Source: Actinomycetota bacterium
GTDB lineage: Bacteria; Actinomycetota; AC-67
Direction: 5' to 3'
Length of the DNA stretch: 57,397 nt
Assembly (NCBI GenBank): GCA_035249485.1
Contig: DATFGK010000110.1
Span: 1 to 57,397 of the forward strand
A model generated the notes under the pieces. It was given only the letters and a program-made list of their open reading frames with translations, did not search any database and was not told the origin of the DNA. The translations under genes were made by a program, and so were the position numbers. Positions within the stretch are counted from its first letter, which is position 1. Each line of letters begins with the position of its first letter. Positions 8,647 to 18,007 of the stretch are shown piece after piece.

Positions 8647-9657
8647 GTGAAAGCGCGACCGTCACCGCCCGACGTCTCGATCGTCATACCGGTCTACAAC
8701 GAGATGGAGAGCATCCCCGAGCTCGCGCGGCGGCTGCATGCGGTTCGCGAGACGCTCCCGCCGAGCGAGGTCATCCTCGTCGACGACGGGTCGACCGACG
8801 GGACGAGCCTCGCGCTCGATGTGCTCCATCGCGAAGATCCCTGGTTCCAGGTCGTTCGGTTCACGCGGAACTTCGGGCAGACACCGGCGATGGCCGCCGG
8901 GTTCGACCACGCGCGCGGCCGCGTGATCGTCACGCTCGACGCGGATCTCCAGAACGATCCCGCCGACATCCCGAAGCTCCTCGCGAAGCTCGACGAGGGC
9001 TACGACGTCGTCAGCGGGTGGCGCGTCGACCGCAAGGACCGCTATTGGAGCCGGCGCATCCCGAGCGCGATCGCGAACCGTCTGATCTCGCGGATCTCGA
9101 AGGTGCAGCTGCACGATTACGGCTGCACGCTCAAGGCCTACCGGCGCGACGTCGTCGAAGAGCTCGAGCTCTACGGTGACGCTCACCGCTTCCTGCCGGC
9201 TCTAGCCGCCGTGGTCGGGGACCGCGTCGCCGAGATCCCCGTCGCGCACCACCCGCGCGTCCACGGCCGGTCCAAGTACGGCATCTCGCGCGTGTCGAAG
9301 GTCTTCTTGGATCTGATGGCCCTGCCGTTCATGCTCCGATTCTTCAACCGGCCGATCCGGTTCTTCGGGGGGCTGGGGCTGTTGTTCGGGGCCGCAGGAA
9401 CCGCGTTGCTCGGCTATCTCGCGTACGAGCGGCTGGTCCTTGAGCGCGCGATCGGCAACCGGCCGTTGCTCTTCGCCGGAGCGCTGTTGCTCCTGATGGG
9501 TGTGCAGTTCATCTCCTTGGGGCTCATCGGCGAGCTCGTGATCCGCACCTATTACTCTGCCCGAGGCCGGCACGCGTACCACGTCAGGCGAGCGATGACG
9601 GGGTGCACGCCGGGACGACACACGTGCGGAGCAGAAGAGTCCATCACGCTCTCGTAG
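8647..9657 (+). CDS. GT2 polyprenyl-phosphate glycosyltransferase (GtrB/CsbB/ArnC-like, two C-terminal TM helices)
   Basis: VSIVIPVYNE...VDDGSTDGT...TLDADLQNDP..., then two hydrophobic helices (FFGGLGLLFGAAG..., LLFAGALLLLMGVQFISLGLIGE). Confidence 0.85.
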   Translation: MKARPSPPDVSIVIPVYNEMESIPELARRLHAVRETLPPSEVILVDDGSTDGTSLALDVLHREDPWFQVVRFTRNFGQTPAMAAGFDHARGRVIVTLDADLQNDPADIPKLLAKLDEGYDVVSGWRVDRKDRYWSRRIPSAIANRLISRISKVQLHDYGCTLKAYRRDVVEELELYGDAHRFLPALAAVVGDRVAEIPVAHHPRVHGRSKYGISRVSKVFLDLMALPFMLRFFNRPIRFFGGLGLLFGAAGTALLGYLAYERLVLERAIGNRPLLFAGALLLLMGVQFISLGLIGELVIRTYYSARGRHAYHVRRAMTGCTPGRHTCGAEESITLS

Positions 9658-9744
9658 GCGCCGAGCCGAATTAACCCGCGTTTCATCCGCACGAAACCCT
9701 CCCGAAATATCCGTCTGTCACGATGCTCGCGGGAGGTGAACGCG

Positions 9745-9858
9745 ATGGAGCTGATCGTTGGAGCGCTGCTCGAGGTGATGGACCCGGAGGAGGCGCGCGC
9801 CGGTTCCGAGCGCGAACGCCTCGACGAAGCGCTCGCCGCGCGCTGCGCGACGCTGTAA
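9745..9858 (+). CDS. Candidate small ORF (37 aa, acidic, helical)
   Basis: Found by hand, below the track cutoff. GGGAGG at 9731..9736 lies 8 nt before ATG 9745. It encodes MELIVGALLEVMDPEEARAGSERERLDEALAARCATL with TAA at 9856. About 33/37 codons end in G/C, like the real genes here. A strong hairpin follows. Confidence 0.3.
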   Translation: MELIVGALLEVMDPEEARAGSERERLDEALAARCATL

Positions 9859-9914
9859 GAACCGGAAGAACAGGGATGCGCCGGGGAGAACCCGGTTCGC
9901 TCGAGAGCCCGCCA

Positions 9915-9950
9915 GCCGGGGCGCCCGCCGACGACGTCGGGCGCCCCGGC
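9915..9950 (+). terminator. GC-rich hairpin (13-bp perfect stem), candidate intrinsic terminator
   Basis: GCCGGGGCGCCCG (9915..9927) pairs with CGGGCGCCCCGGC (9938..9950) and is followed by TCTTATCC. It lies downstream of the small ORF and upstream of the regulator gene. Confidence 0.45.
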
Positions 9951-10048
9951 TCTTATCCACACAAGCCGCCTCGTGATCGCGCGGAGATTTAATAGGCTCG
10001 AAACACGGGCGAAAACCGCCGGTAACGTTTCCGGCCTAGCCTTGAACC

Positions 10049-10363
10049 ATGACCAACCCCGCTGGGGTCGATCAAGGGATGATCGAGGTCGGCGCGCTCC
10101 GGGTGGATCTGGAGGGCTACAGGGCCGAGTTCGAGGGCCGTCCGCTCCCGCTGTCCCGGTCGCAGCTCGAGCTGCTGGCGATCCTGCTTTCCAACCGCCA
10201 GCGCGTCACCCCTCGAACGGAACTCTCGCAGGAGCTCGGGCTGGCCCGCGGACGCTCGGTCGACGTCCTGCTATCCGGACTTCGCCGCGCGATCGGACGG
10301 GACTTCGTGCGCAACGTGCGGAACCGCGGGTGGATCATCGAGCCGGGCGCGCTCGGGTCCTAA
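10049..10363 (+). CDS. Stand-alone OmpR/PhoB-type winged-helix DNA-binding domain protein (no receiver domain)
   Basis: 104 aa. ...LRVDLEGYRAEFEGRPLPLSRSQLELLAILLSNRQRVTPRTEL...RSVDVLLSGLRRAIG...VRNVRNRGWIIE follows the Trans_reg_C pattern. Confidence 0.7.
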   Translation: MTNPAGVDQGMIEVGALRVDLEGYRAEFEGRPLPLSRSQLELLAILLSNRQRVTPRTELSQELGLARGRSVDVLLSGLRRAIGRDFVRNVRNRGWIIEPGALGS

Positions 10364-10373
10364 CTGCCACCAG

Positions 10374-11102
10374 CTACCCCGACACTCGCCCCGTCAGCAG
10401 CAGCATGATCGACCAGCGCTTCAGCCCCGGGATGCGAGCGACGGTACGGTCGACCGCGTCCCAGCCGCGTTCCCACGATCGCGGCGCCGGCGGCGTGTAG
10501 AGGAGCCGGCGCAGGCGCACGTCCTCGAGTCCGGCGGCGCGCGCCCAGGCCTCGAGCGAGGCCGGCGAGATCTTGAATACGTTGCGTTCGGCCTTGTTCG
10601 ACGCCCCGACGAGCATCGTCGACGGGAACTTCCAGTTCGGCTCCATCGCGGCGACGCGCCCGCCCGGGCGCGTGACGCGCGCGAGCTCGGCGATCCCTCG
10701 GCCCGGCGAGGACAGGTGGTGGAGCGTGCCCGAGCAGAACGCCGAGTCGAATGTTCCGTCGCCGAACGGCAGATCGTGCGCATCGGCGATGCCGAGGGCG
10801 ACCCGGCCCCCATGGTCGGCCAGACGCTGCGACGCGATACCGAGCATCGGCTCCGACGCGTCGAGAGCGGTGACGCGTGCCGGCGTGTTCTCGAGCAGCC
10901 ACCGCGCGTGGAGCCCGGTGCCGGTGCCGACCTCGAGCACGTGACCCCCGCGCTCCGCGCCGATCGCATCGGCGATCGCGCGCACCTTGACGAGGTGGTT
11001 GCGGTTATCACGGTTGCCGAGCGACCAGATCGACCGGTCGAACTTCGCGGCCATCCGCTCGTAATGGAGGATCTGCTCGCGGACGTTGGAACGATCGCTC
11101 AT
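10374..11102 (-). CDS. Class I SAM-dependent methyltransferase
   Basis: ATG at 11102 inside ORF 10374..11690. Motif I HVLEVGTGTGL, then ...FDSAFCSGTLHHL...LARVTRPGGRV. Its start overlaps the stop of the upstream GT4 gene (ATGA). Confidence 0.85.
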   Translation of the reverse strand: MSDRSNVREQILHYERMAAKFDRSIWSLGNRDNRNHLVKVRAIADAIGAERGGHVLEVGTGTGLHARWLLENTPARVTALDASEPMLGIASQRLADHGGRVALGIADAHDLPFGDGTFDSAFCSGTLHHLSSPGRGIAELARVTRPGGRVAAMEPNWKFPSTMLVGASNKAERNVFKISPASLEAWARAAGLEDVRLRRLLYTPPAPRSWERGWDAVDRTVARIPGLKRWSIMLLLTGRVSG

Positions 11103-12232
11103 CGCGCCGCCGCCGCGTACACGTCGAGGTATTGCTCCGCCATGCGTCCGGGAGTGTACGCGGCCGCGGTCGCCCGAGCCTCGTCGGCGAGAGCCGCGCG
11201 GAGGCGATCGTCGCGCGCGATGCGCTCGAGCGCGGCAGCGGTCGCGGCGACGTCGCCCGGCGGAACGAGGAGCGCATTCCGGCCGTCGCGCAGGAAGTCG
11301 GTTTGACCGCCGAGGTCGCCGGCGATCACCGGCAGTCCGGCGTGCATCGCCTCGAGGTACACGAGCCCGAAGCCTTCGTGTGCCGAGACCAGCGCGAACG
11401 CGTCGGCGGACGCGAGCCGCAAGGCCTTGCCGGCCGCGTCGACGGGTCCGGCGAACGTCACGCGGCCCGGAGCCTCGGCTGCGGCGATCGTCTCGAGCCG
11501 CGCGCGCTCGGGCCCGTCCCCGACGATCTCGAGTCTGACTTGATTCCCGGCGCGGCCGGTAGCCGCGATCAGCGTCTTCATCCCTTTCCGTCCGACGAGA
11601 CGCGCGATCGTGAGGACGACGACATCGCCGGGCGCCCATCCCAGGGAAGAGCGATCCCGCGGCGGGATCGCCGGTGGCTCGACCGCGCAAGCGACGACGG
11701 AGATGTCGGATCGGCCGGTCAGGGTCTTCGCTCGTTGCGCGATATCGGATGAGATCGCCGTGACGGCGTCCGCGCTCCGCACCGCGCGGGTCACGACCGC
11801 GCGCAGCGGCCGGAACCGATCCGGCGAGAGCCGGCTCGGGTCGAAGACGTCGGCTCCGATGACGGACAGGACATGCGGCACGGATGCGCGACGAGCGATC
11901 GCGGCTCCCGCGGGGCCGGTCGGCACCGCGAAGAACGAATGGACGACGTCGAAGCCGGCACCGGCGACGAGCCGCCTCCCGGCCAGGCGCGCCGCCGGCA
12001 CGAACGACAGCAGCGATGCGGTCGAGGCGCGGGCCAGCTCCCGGCGCCCAACGACCGGGACCCGCACCACCTGGACACCGTCGTCGAAGGACTCGGCCGG
12101 CAGATCCGCGCCGCGACTGGTGAGCACGGTGACCGAGTGTCGCCGGGCGAGCTCGACTGCCAGCGTGCGCGTGAGAACGCCGCCGCCGCCGCCGAGCGGC
12201 GGGTACTCATAGTTGACCAGCAGTATCCGCAT
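11099..12232 (-). CDS. GT4-family glycosyltransferase
   Basis: ATG at 12232. MRILLVNYEYPPLGGGGGV...GRLVGRKG...VSAHEGFGLVYLEAMHAGLPVIA (the E..E region). Confidence 0.9.
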   Translation of the reverse strand: MRILLVNYEYPPLGGGGGVLTRTLAVELARRHSVTVLTSRGADLPAESFDDGVQVVRVPVVGRRELARASTASLLSFVPAARLAGRRLVAGAGFDVVHSFFAVPTGPAGAAIARRASVPHVLSVIGADVFDPSRLSPDRFRPLRAVVTRAVRSADAVTAISSDIAQRAKTLTGRSDISVVACAVEPPAIPPRDRSSLGWAPGDVVVLTIARLVGRKGMKTLIAATGRAGNQVRLEIVGDGPERARLETIAAAEAPGRVTFAGPVDAAGKALRLASADAFALVSAHEGFGLVYLEAMHAGLPVIAGDLGGQTDFLRDGRNALLVPPGDVAATAAALERIARDDRLRAALADEARATAAAYTPGRMAEQYLDVYAAAAR

Positions 12233-12302
12233 GCGCGATCGGGCCACCGGGGTGAGGTTGGGGATTGAGGGTAATGTAGCCGCCGGGACCCAACGGAGCG
12301 AG

Positions 12303-13358
12303 ATGGCGGACCTCACCCTCGAAGACGGCGACCGGCCGGCGCCGGTTCGAAAGCGCGGCGGCGCGATCAAGATCCTCATCCGGATCGTGGTCGGCGCCGG
12401 CGTGTTCGGCTTCCTCATCTGGCGTTCGGACGTCGGCGAACTGTGGGCCACGTTGCGGGAAGCCCGTGTCGCATACCTGTTGGCCGCTCTCGGCGCGATC
12501 TTCGCCGGCTTGTTCGTGAGCGCCTTCCGCTGGAAGGCGTATCTCGACGCGCTCGAGATACCGCTCTCCTATTCGACGTTGTTCCGGCTGTACTTCGTGG
12601 GCACGTTCTTCAACGCGTTCCTACCGACGGGCATCGGCGGGGACGCCTACAAGGCGGTGCGGCTCGGCCGGGGGAAGGAGAGCCTCGCTCCGGCGTTCGC
12701 CTCGGTGTTCCTCGACCGCTTCGCCGGCGTCGTGGGGATGGCGGCGATCGGAATCGTGTCGTCCTCCTACCTCCTCGCTTCCGGCGACGAGCGGCGGCGG
12801 GTCCCCTTGATCGCGCTGGCCGCTTCGATCGCGATCATGGGGACGGCGGCCACCCTGCTCCTCGGCGGCGAGCGCCTCCTCGGTCGCGGGCGCCTCATCA
12901 AGCGCGAGGGCATCGGCGGACGGATCCGCCGGGCGATGCAGCAGATCCACGCCGCCGGACGTCATCCCGACGCGGCGGCGCGCGGATACCTGTTCGGCGT
13001 GGTCTTCCAAGGACTGGTCTTCACCTATCACGTGATGATCGCGAAGGCGCTCGGCATCCAGGGCGTGCCGATCGCCGCCATCGCGTCCATCGTGGTGATC
13101 TCGTCCCTCGCCACGATGATCCCGCTGTCGATCAACGGCCTCGGGTTCCGTGAGGGCGCGTACATCTGGGCGCTCGGGCGCTACGGTGTGCCGCACGACA
13201 CGGCGCTTGCGTTCGCGCTCCTCGTGCTCGCCGCACTGCTCCTGGCGAGCATCGTCGGTGGCGTGATCTACGTGGCACTCGGCGGCGAGGTGCACGGACA
13301 AGGCTCGGGCCCGGCTACGCTAGAATCCGCGCCGTCCGGCTCGCCGGGTGGTGAATGA
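12303..13358 (+). CDS. UPF0104 / lysyl-PG-synthase-TM (MprF flippase-domain-like) membrane protein
   Basis: ATG at 12303. Polytopic, with ...FRLYFVGTFFNAFLPTGIGGDAYKAVRL... and ...MIPLSINGLGFREGAYIWAL..., typical of the flippase-like family. Confidence 0.8.
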   Translation: MADLTLEDGDRPAPVRKRGGAIKILIRIVVGAGVFGFLIWRSDVGELWATLREARVAYLLAALGAIFAGLFVSAFRWKAYLDALEIPLSYSTLFRLYFVGTFFNAFLPTGIGGDAYKAVRLGRGKESLAPAFASVFLDRFAGVVGMAAIGIVSSSYLLASGDERRRVPLIALAASIAIMGTAATLLLGGERLLGRGRLIKREGIGGRIRRAMQQIHAAGRHPDAAARGYLFGVVFQGLVFTYHVMIAKALGIQGVPIAAIASIVVISSLATMIPLSINGLGFREGAYIWALGRYGVPHDTALAFALLVLAALLLASIVGGVIYVALGGEVHGQGSGPATLESAPSGSPGGE

Positions 13359-13391
13359 GCCGGGCGCGCACACCCGACGCTGCGAGGTTCG

Positions 13392-15023
13392 ATGGCTCCC
13401 AAGAAGTCAGCGAAAGACACGAATGATGATGTCGCCGCGCCGGCCTCAGGCCCGGCCGTCGCTCCACAGATGAAGTCGGTCGAGGAGAAGCTCGCTGAGC
13501 TCTCCAAGCGCCGCGCCGAGGCTACCGGCCCACCATCGAAGGAAGCGGTCGACAAACAGCACGACCGCGGGAAGCTGACGGCGCGCGAGCGGATCGAGAT
13601 CCTCCTCGACCCCGGTTCGTTCGTCGAGCTCGACGCGATGGCGCGGCACCGTGCGCACGGGTTCGGCATCGAGCGCCAGCGCCCGTACGGGGACGGCGTC
13701 GTAACGGGCTGGGGCACGATCGACGGCCGCAAGGTGTTCGTCTTCGCGCAGGACTTCCTGGTGTTCGGTGGGTCGCTCGGCGAGGTCTTCAGCGAGAAGA
13801 TCTGCAAGATCATGGATCTCGCGCTCGAGACGGGTGCGCCCGTGATCGGCCTGAACGACTCCGGCGGCGCGCGCATCCAGGAGGGCGTCGTGTCGCTCGC
13901 GTCATACGGCTACATCTTCGAGCGCAACGTCCGCGCTTCGGGCGTCATCCCACAGGTGAGCGTGATCATGGGGCCGTGCGCCGGCGGCGCCGTCTACTCG
14001 CCGGCGATGACCGACTTCATCTTCATGACGAAGGAAACCTCTCACATGTTCATCACCGGCCCCGACGTGATCAAGACCGTCACCGGCGAGGAGGTCACGT
14101 TCGAGGAGCTCGGCGGCGCCATGACGCACGCGTCGCGCTCGGGCATCGCTCACTTCGTCGGTGAGGACGAACGTCACACGCTGCAGATGGTGCGATATCT
14201 AATGTCCTTCCTCCCTCAGAACAACCTCGAGGACGCCCCGTTCTTCCCGCCGACCGACGCCGCCGACCGCCGCGAGCAGGGACTCGTCGACATCATCCCC
14301 GACTCGTCCAACAAGCCGTACGACATGCGTCAGGTCATCAAGATGATCGTCGACGAAGGCGAGTGGCTCGAGGTGTTCCCGCACTACGCGGAGAACATCC
14401 TGACGGGGTACGCGCGGCTCAATGGTCACGTCGTCGGAATCGTAGCGAACCAACCGATGCACCTCGCCGGCTGCCTCGACGTCACGTCGTCCGAGAAAGG
14501 CGCGCGTTTCGTCAGGACCTGCGACGCGTTCAACATCCCGCTCGTGGTGTTCGTCGACGTTCCCGGTTTCCTGCCCGGCACGAACCAGGAGTGGGGCGGG
14601 ATCATCCGGCGCGGTGCGAAGCTGCTCTTCGCGTTCAGCGAGGCGACGGTTCCGAGGATCCAGGTCATCACGCGGAAGGCGTACGGCGGCGCGTACGTGG
14701 TCATGAACTCGAAGTCGATCCGCGCGGACATCGCGTTCGCCTGGCCGACGGCGGAGATCGCGGTCATGGGCCCGGAGGGCGCCGTCAACATCATCTTCCG
14801 CAAGGACCTCGAGAAGGCCGACGACAAGGTCGCCGCCCGTGCGGAGAAGATCGCCGAGTACACGGACCGGTTCGCAAACCCGTACATCGCGGCGGAACGC
14901 GGCTACGTCGACGACGTGATCGACCCGCGCGACACTCGCCCGCGGCTGATCTCGGCGCTCGAGATGCTGCTGACGAAGCGAGAGACGCTCCCGCCGCGGA
15001 AGCACGACAACATCCCGCTCTAG
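13392..15023 (+). CDS. pccB: Acyl-CoA (propionyl-CoA) carboxylase carboxyltransferase beta subunit
   Basis: 543 aa. ...[23 protein letters not shown]...[12 protein letters not shown]...[11 protein letters not shown]...[13 protein letters not shown]...[21 protein letters not shown]...[13 protein letters not shown]. Confidence 0.95.
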   Translation: MAPKKSAKDTNDDVAAPASGPAVAPQMKSVEEKLAELSKRRAEATGPPSKEAVDKQHDRGKLTARERIEILLDPGSFVELDAMARHRAHGFGIERQRPYGDGVVTGWGTIDGRKVFVFAQDFLVFGGSLGEVFSEKICKIMDLALETGAPVIGLNDSGGARIQEGVVSLASYGYIFERNVRASGVIPQVSVIMGPCAGGAVYSPAMTDFIFMTKETSHMFITGPDVIKTVTGEEVTFEELGGAMTHASRSGIAHFVGEDERHTLQMVRYLMSFLPQNNLEDAPFFPPTDAADRREQGLVDIIPDSSNKPYDMRQVIKMIVDEGEWLEVFPHYAENILTGYARLNGHVVGIVANQPMHLAGCLDVTSSEKGARFVRTCDAFNIPLVVFVDVPGFLPGTNQEWGGIIRRGAKLLFAFSEATVPRIQVITRKAYGGAYVVMNSKSIRADIAFAWPTAEIAVMGPEGAVNIIFRKDLEKADDKVAARAEKIAEYTDRFANPYIAAERGYVDDVIDPRDTRPRLISALEMLLTKRETLPPRKHDNIPL

Positions 15024-15033
15024 CGGGCGTCGT

Positions 15034-16452
15034 TCAGGGGCGAAGCGACGGGTCGAGCGACAGGACCGACAGCGCGTTCACCGCGCTCCCGATCCAAACC
15101 GTTCCGGTCTCGGGGATGTAGCGGGGATAGGTCGTCGTGCTGTCGTGGACCCGATCCGAGCCCGCGACCGGCGGGTTGTAGTACGCCACCTCTCTCGGGT
15201 GATACGGATCGCGGATGTCGAACACGCGTAGACCCGATCCGTACCAGCTGATGAACGCCAGGCTCGCGTCGGCCGGATCGTCGACCGACACATAGTGGGA
15301 CATGTACAGCAGCAGGTTGCTTCCGGCGTCGAGATCGGCCTGCGCTGCGAGGCAGCCGGGGAGCCGGTTCACGTCGAGCATGAGCTCCGATACTTCGACC
15401 GGGTGGCGCTCGTCGGTCACGTCGACGATGCGAGCGTTCCCGCCCGGACAGAAGCCCTCCTCCGCAGCGACGACGTAGGAGCGTCCGCCGATCCGGGTGA
15501 AGGTCTCGGTGTGCTGGCGTCCGCCGGTGAGCTCGCCGACCACGGTGATCACCGGATCGGCCGCGCGTGCCTGCACCGCGCTGGTGTCGAGGATCCGCAG
15601 CCCGCTGAGCAGGTGCGCCGGCTGGACGACCGGCGTGAAGGCGCCGACGACCGCGGACGGATGGCCGGCGAGCGACGCATAGAAGCCGACGTACGCGCGG
15701 GTGCCGTCGGCGTTGAAGTCCAGATCGTGGCAGGGGAACTCGTCGCCCCAACGCATGACGAGCTTCGGGTTCGCGAGCTCGGCGAGATCGACGATCGTCA
15801 GGCAGGGCCCCGTCGGCGAGACCGCCCCGTTCCCGATGTCGGTCGCGTAGTAGAAGGTCCCGTCGGGTGACAGCTGCCCCGAGTGGATGCCGGCGCCCTG
15901 GAATTCGGGCCCCTTGAACGGCTCGGACGGGAAGCCGAAATCGAAGTGCGAGACGAGCTGCGGCGAGCGGCAGTCGCCGGAGATGTCGTAGGTGGTGAGC
16001 ATGGTGCCGATCGGCACGACGAGGACCCCTCGCGACGCGCTCGCGTGGATCCCCTCGTGGATGCCGAGCACGCCGCCGCGCCCGTTCCACTCCGGCTCGT
16101 GGAGGACCGATACCAGCTGCAGCTCGGCCGGGTTCGCCAGGTCTACGACCGCGACGCCGTCGCCGGATCCGGTAGGGACGACGCGATAGGCGCAGTCGCC
16201 GTACCAGGTCATCTGGGTGTCGCCGCCGGACCCGAGGTCCGACGAGCCGATCAGGCCGAGGTTGCAGGAATACCCTTCGGCGGAGCGGCCGCTCAGCTGG
16301 TCGGCGAGCGGAACCTGACCCGACGGACCGGTCTCGGGCCGGTCGCCGGGACCGCATCCCGGCGCGGCAGCGTGCGTACCGGTACCCGCTGAGGCCCCCA
16401 GGAGCAACAAACAGAACGCCACGAGGATGGGCCGGCGCGGGGTTGCTCTCAT
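15034..16452 (-). CDS. Secreted LVIVD-repeat beta-propeller-like protein
   Basis: N-terminal signal peptide (MRATPRRPILVAFCLLLLGASAG). Recurring units: VAVVDLANPAELQLV, LTIVDLAELANPKLV, ARIVDVTDERHPVEV, LRVFDIRDPYHPREV. Confidence 0.7.
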   Translation of the reverse strand: MRATPRRPILVAFCLLLLGASAGTGTHAAAPGCGPGDRPETGPSGQVPLADQLSGRSAEGYSCNLGLIGSSDLGSGGDTQMTWYGDCAYRVVPTGSGDGVAVVDLANPAELQLVSVLHEPEWNGRGGVLGIHEGIHASASRGVLVVPIGTMLTTYDISGDCRSPQLVSHFDFGFPSEPFKGPEFQGAGIHSGQLSPDGTFYYATDIGNGAVSPTGPCLTIVDLAELANPKLVMRWGDEFPCHDLDFNADGTRAYVGFYASLAGHPSAVVGAFTPVVQPAHLLSGLRILDTSAVQARAADPVITVVGELTGGRQHTETFTRIGGRSYVVAAEEGFCPGGNARIVDVTDERHPVEVSELMLDVNRLPGCLAAQADLDAGSNLLLYMSHYVSVDDPADASLAFISWYGSGLRVFDIRDPYHPREVAYYNPPVAGSDRVHDSTTTYPRYIPETGTVWIGSAVNALSVLSLDPSLRP

Positions 16453-16522
16453 CTCGCCCGCGAGGTTCGCCTCGGAGGGGGTCGCATCCTTCCCGCCGCG
16501 GCCGGTGCGTTACCATCGGGCG

Positions 16523-16801
16523 ATGCCCGAGCCCCCCGAGATCCGGATCACCGGCGGCAGTCCGTCGGATGACGAGGAAGCCGCGATCCGCGAAGCCATC
16601 CTCCGTCTGTGGCGGCAGGAGCAGTCGGAAGCGCGCCGCGGCGGCGGCGGGTCGGCATGGGTCGTGGCCGCGCGCGCGGAAGGCTCCGGCTGGGGAGCCG
16701 CCGATGTGCGCGGGCTGACCGACGCGTGGCGGCTCGGAACGAGGATGCCGGGCTTCGGGCTGCTGAGCGTCCGGCGTACCGGCCGCGGCGACTCGAAGTG
16801 A
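16523..16801 (+). CDS. Possible acyl-CoA carboxylase epsilon subunit
   Basis: ATG at 16523. MPEPPEIRITGGSPSDDEEAAIREAILRL... resembles the N-terminal (I/V)R(V/I)..G.P..EE.AA. signature of actinobacterial AccE/PccE. Small and low complexity, so tentative. Confidence 0.4.
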   Translation: MPEPPEIRITGGSPSDDEEAAIREAILRLWRQEQSEARRGGGGSAWVVAARAEGSGWGAADVRGLTDAWRLGTRMPGFGLLSVRRTGRGDSK

Positions 16802-16818
16802 CCGACGAGAACCCCGGG

Positions 16819-18000
16819 ATGCCCCTCGAGGGGCTCAAAGTCATCGAGCTCGCGACGATCGTCGCCGGGCCATCGACCGGCAAGTACCTCGCCGACTTCG
16901 GCGCGGATGTGATCAAGGTCGAGCACCCGAAGACGGGCGACACCACGCGCGGCATGGGCTACAAGCACGAGGGCGTCGCGCTCTGGTGGAAGCTCGTCGG
17001 CCGGAACAAGCGGCCGGTGACGCTGAACCTCTCGCACCCGAAGGGCCAGGAGATCGCGCGCCGCCTGCTCGCGGACGCCGACGCGATGATCGAGAACTTC
17101 CGTCCCGGAACCCTCGAGCGCTGGGACCTGGCGCCGGACGCGCTCGCCGAGCTCAACCCACGGCTCATCGTGCTCCGCATCTCCGGCTTCGGCCAGACCG
17201 GTCCGTACGCCCGCAAGCCCGGCTTCGGAACGCTGGCCGAGTCGATCTCGGGCGTCGCGCACATCTCCGGGATGCCGGACGGCCCGCCGATGCTTCCCGC
17301 GATCGCGCTCGCCGACGAGGTCGCGGGGCTCGTCGGCGCGTACGCCGTGTTGATGGCACTCCACGAGCGCGATCGCTCGGGGAAGGGGCAAGTGATCGAC
17401 GCGTCGCTGTACGAATCGCTCTTCCAACTGACGGGGCCGCTGGCGATGGCCTACGACAAGCTCGGCGTCGTGATGGAGCGGATCGGGAACCGGATCGCGT
17501 ATTCGGCGCCGCGCAACGCGTACCGGACGGCCGACGGGCACTGGGTCGGCGTGAGCGGCACAGCGCAGACCGTCGCCGAGCGGATCTTCCGCGCGATCGG
17601 CCGCCCCGAGCTGATCACGGACCCGCGCTTCGCGACGAACAACGACCGCCTCGCGAACATCGACGAGCTCGACGCGGTGATCGGCGACTGGATCGGCGCT
17701 CACCCGCTCGACGAGGTCGTCGCGACGTTCGAAGCCGAGGGTGCGGCCGTCGCGCCCATCTACGACGCCCGGCAGATCTTCGACGACCCGCAGTACCAGG
17801 CGCGCGGTTCGATCGCGACGGTCGAGGACGACGAGCTCGGGACGCTCCGCATGCAGGACGTGACGCCGCGCCTCTCGCGCACCCCGGGCCGGATACGCCA
17901 CGCCGGTCTGCCGCTCGGGGCTGCGAACGGGGAGGTCTACGGGGCGCTCGGCATCTCGCCGGAGGAGCTCGCCGCGCTGAAGGCCGAACGCGTCATCTAA
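16819..18000 (+). CDS. Family III CoA-transferase (CaiB/BaiF type)
   Basis: ATG at 16819. PLEGLKVIELATIVAGPSTGKYLADFGADVIKVE.P..GD..R...NKR...L.L....G......L...AD..IENFRPG.... Confidence 0.9.
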   Translation: MPLEGLKVIELATIVAGPSTGKYLADFGADVIKVEHPKTGDTTRGMGYKHEGVALWWKLVGRNKRPVTLNLSHPKGQEIARRLLADADAMIENFRPGTLERWDLAPDALAELNPRLIVLRISGFGQTGPYARKPGFGTLAESISGVAHISGMPDGPPMLPAIALADEVAGLVGAYAVLMALHERDRSGKGQVIDASLYESLFQLTGPLAMAYDKLGVVMERIGNRIAYSAPRNAYRTADGHWVGVSGTAQTVAERIFRAIGRPELITDPRFATNNDRLANIDELDAVIGDWIGAHPLDEVVATFEAEGAAVAPIYDARQIFDDPQYQARGSIATVEDDELGTLRMQDVTPRLSRTPGRIRHAGLPLGAANGEVYGALGISPEELAALKAERVI

Positions 18001-18007
18001 GGACCAT

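Noticed and set aside
9552-9962. A 136-aa minus-strand ORF and an 89-aa plus-strand ORF (9723..9992) in the long intergenic gap
   Set aside because: The composition is Ser/Arg/Ala-rich and low complexity. They overlap the 3' end of the GT2 gene and the hairpin, with no SD. The short 37-codon ORF has much better signals.
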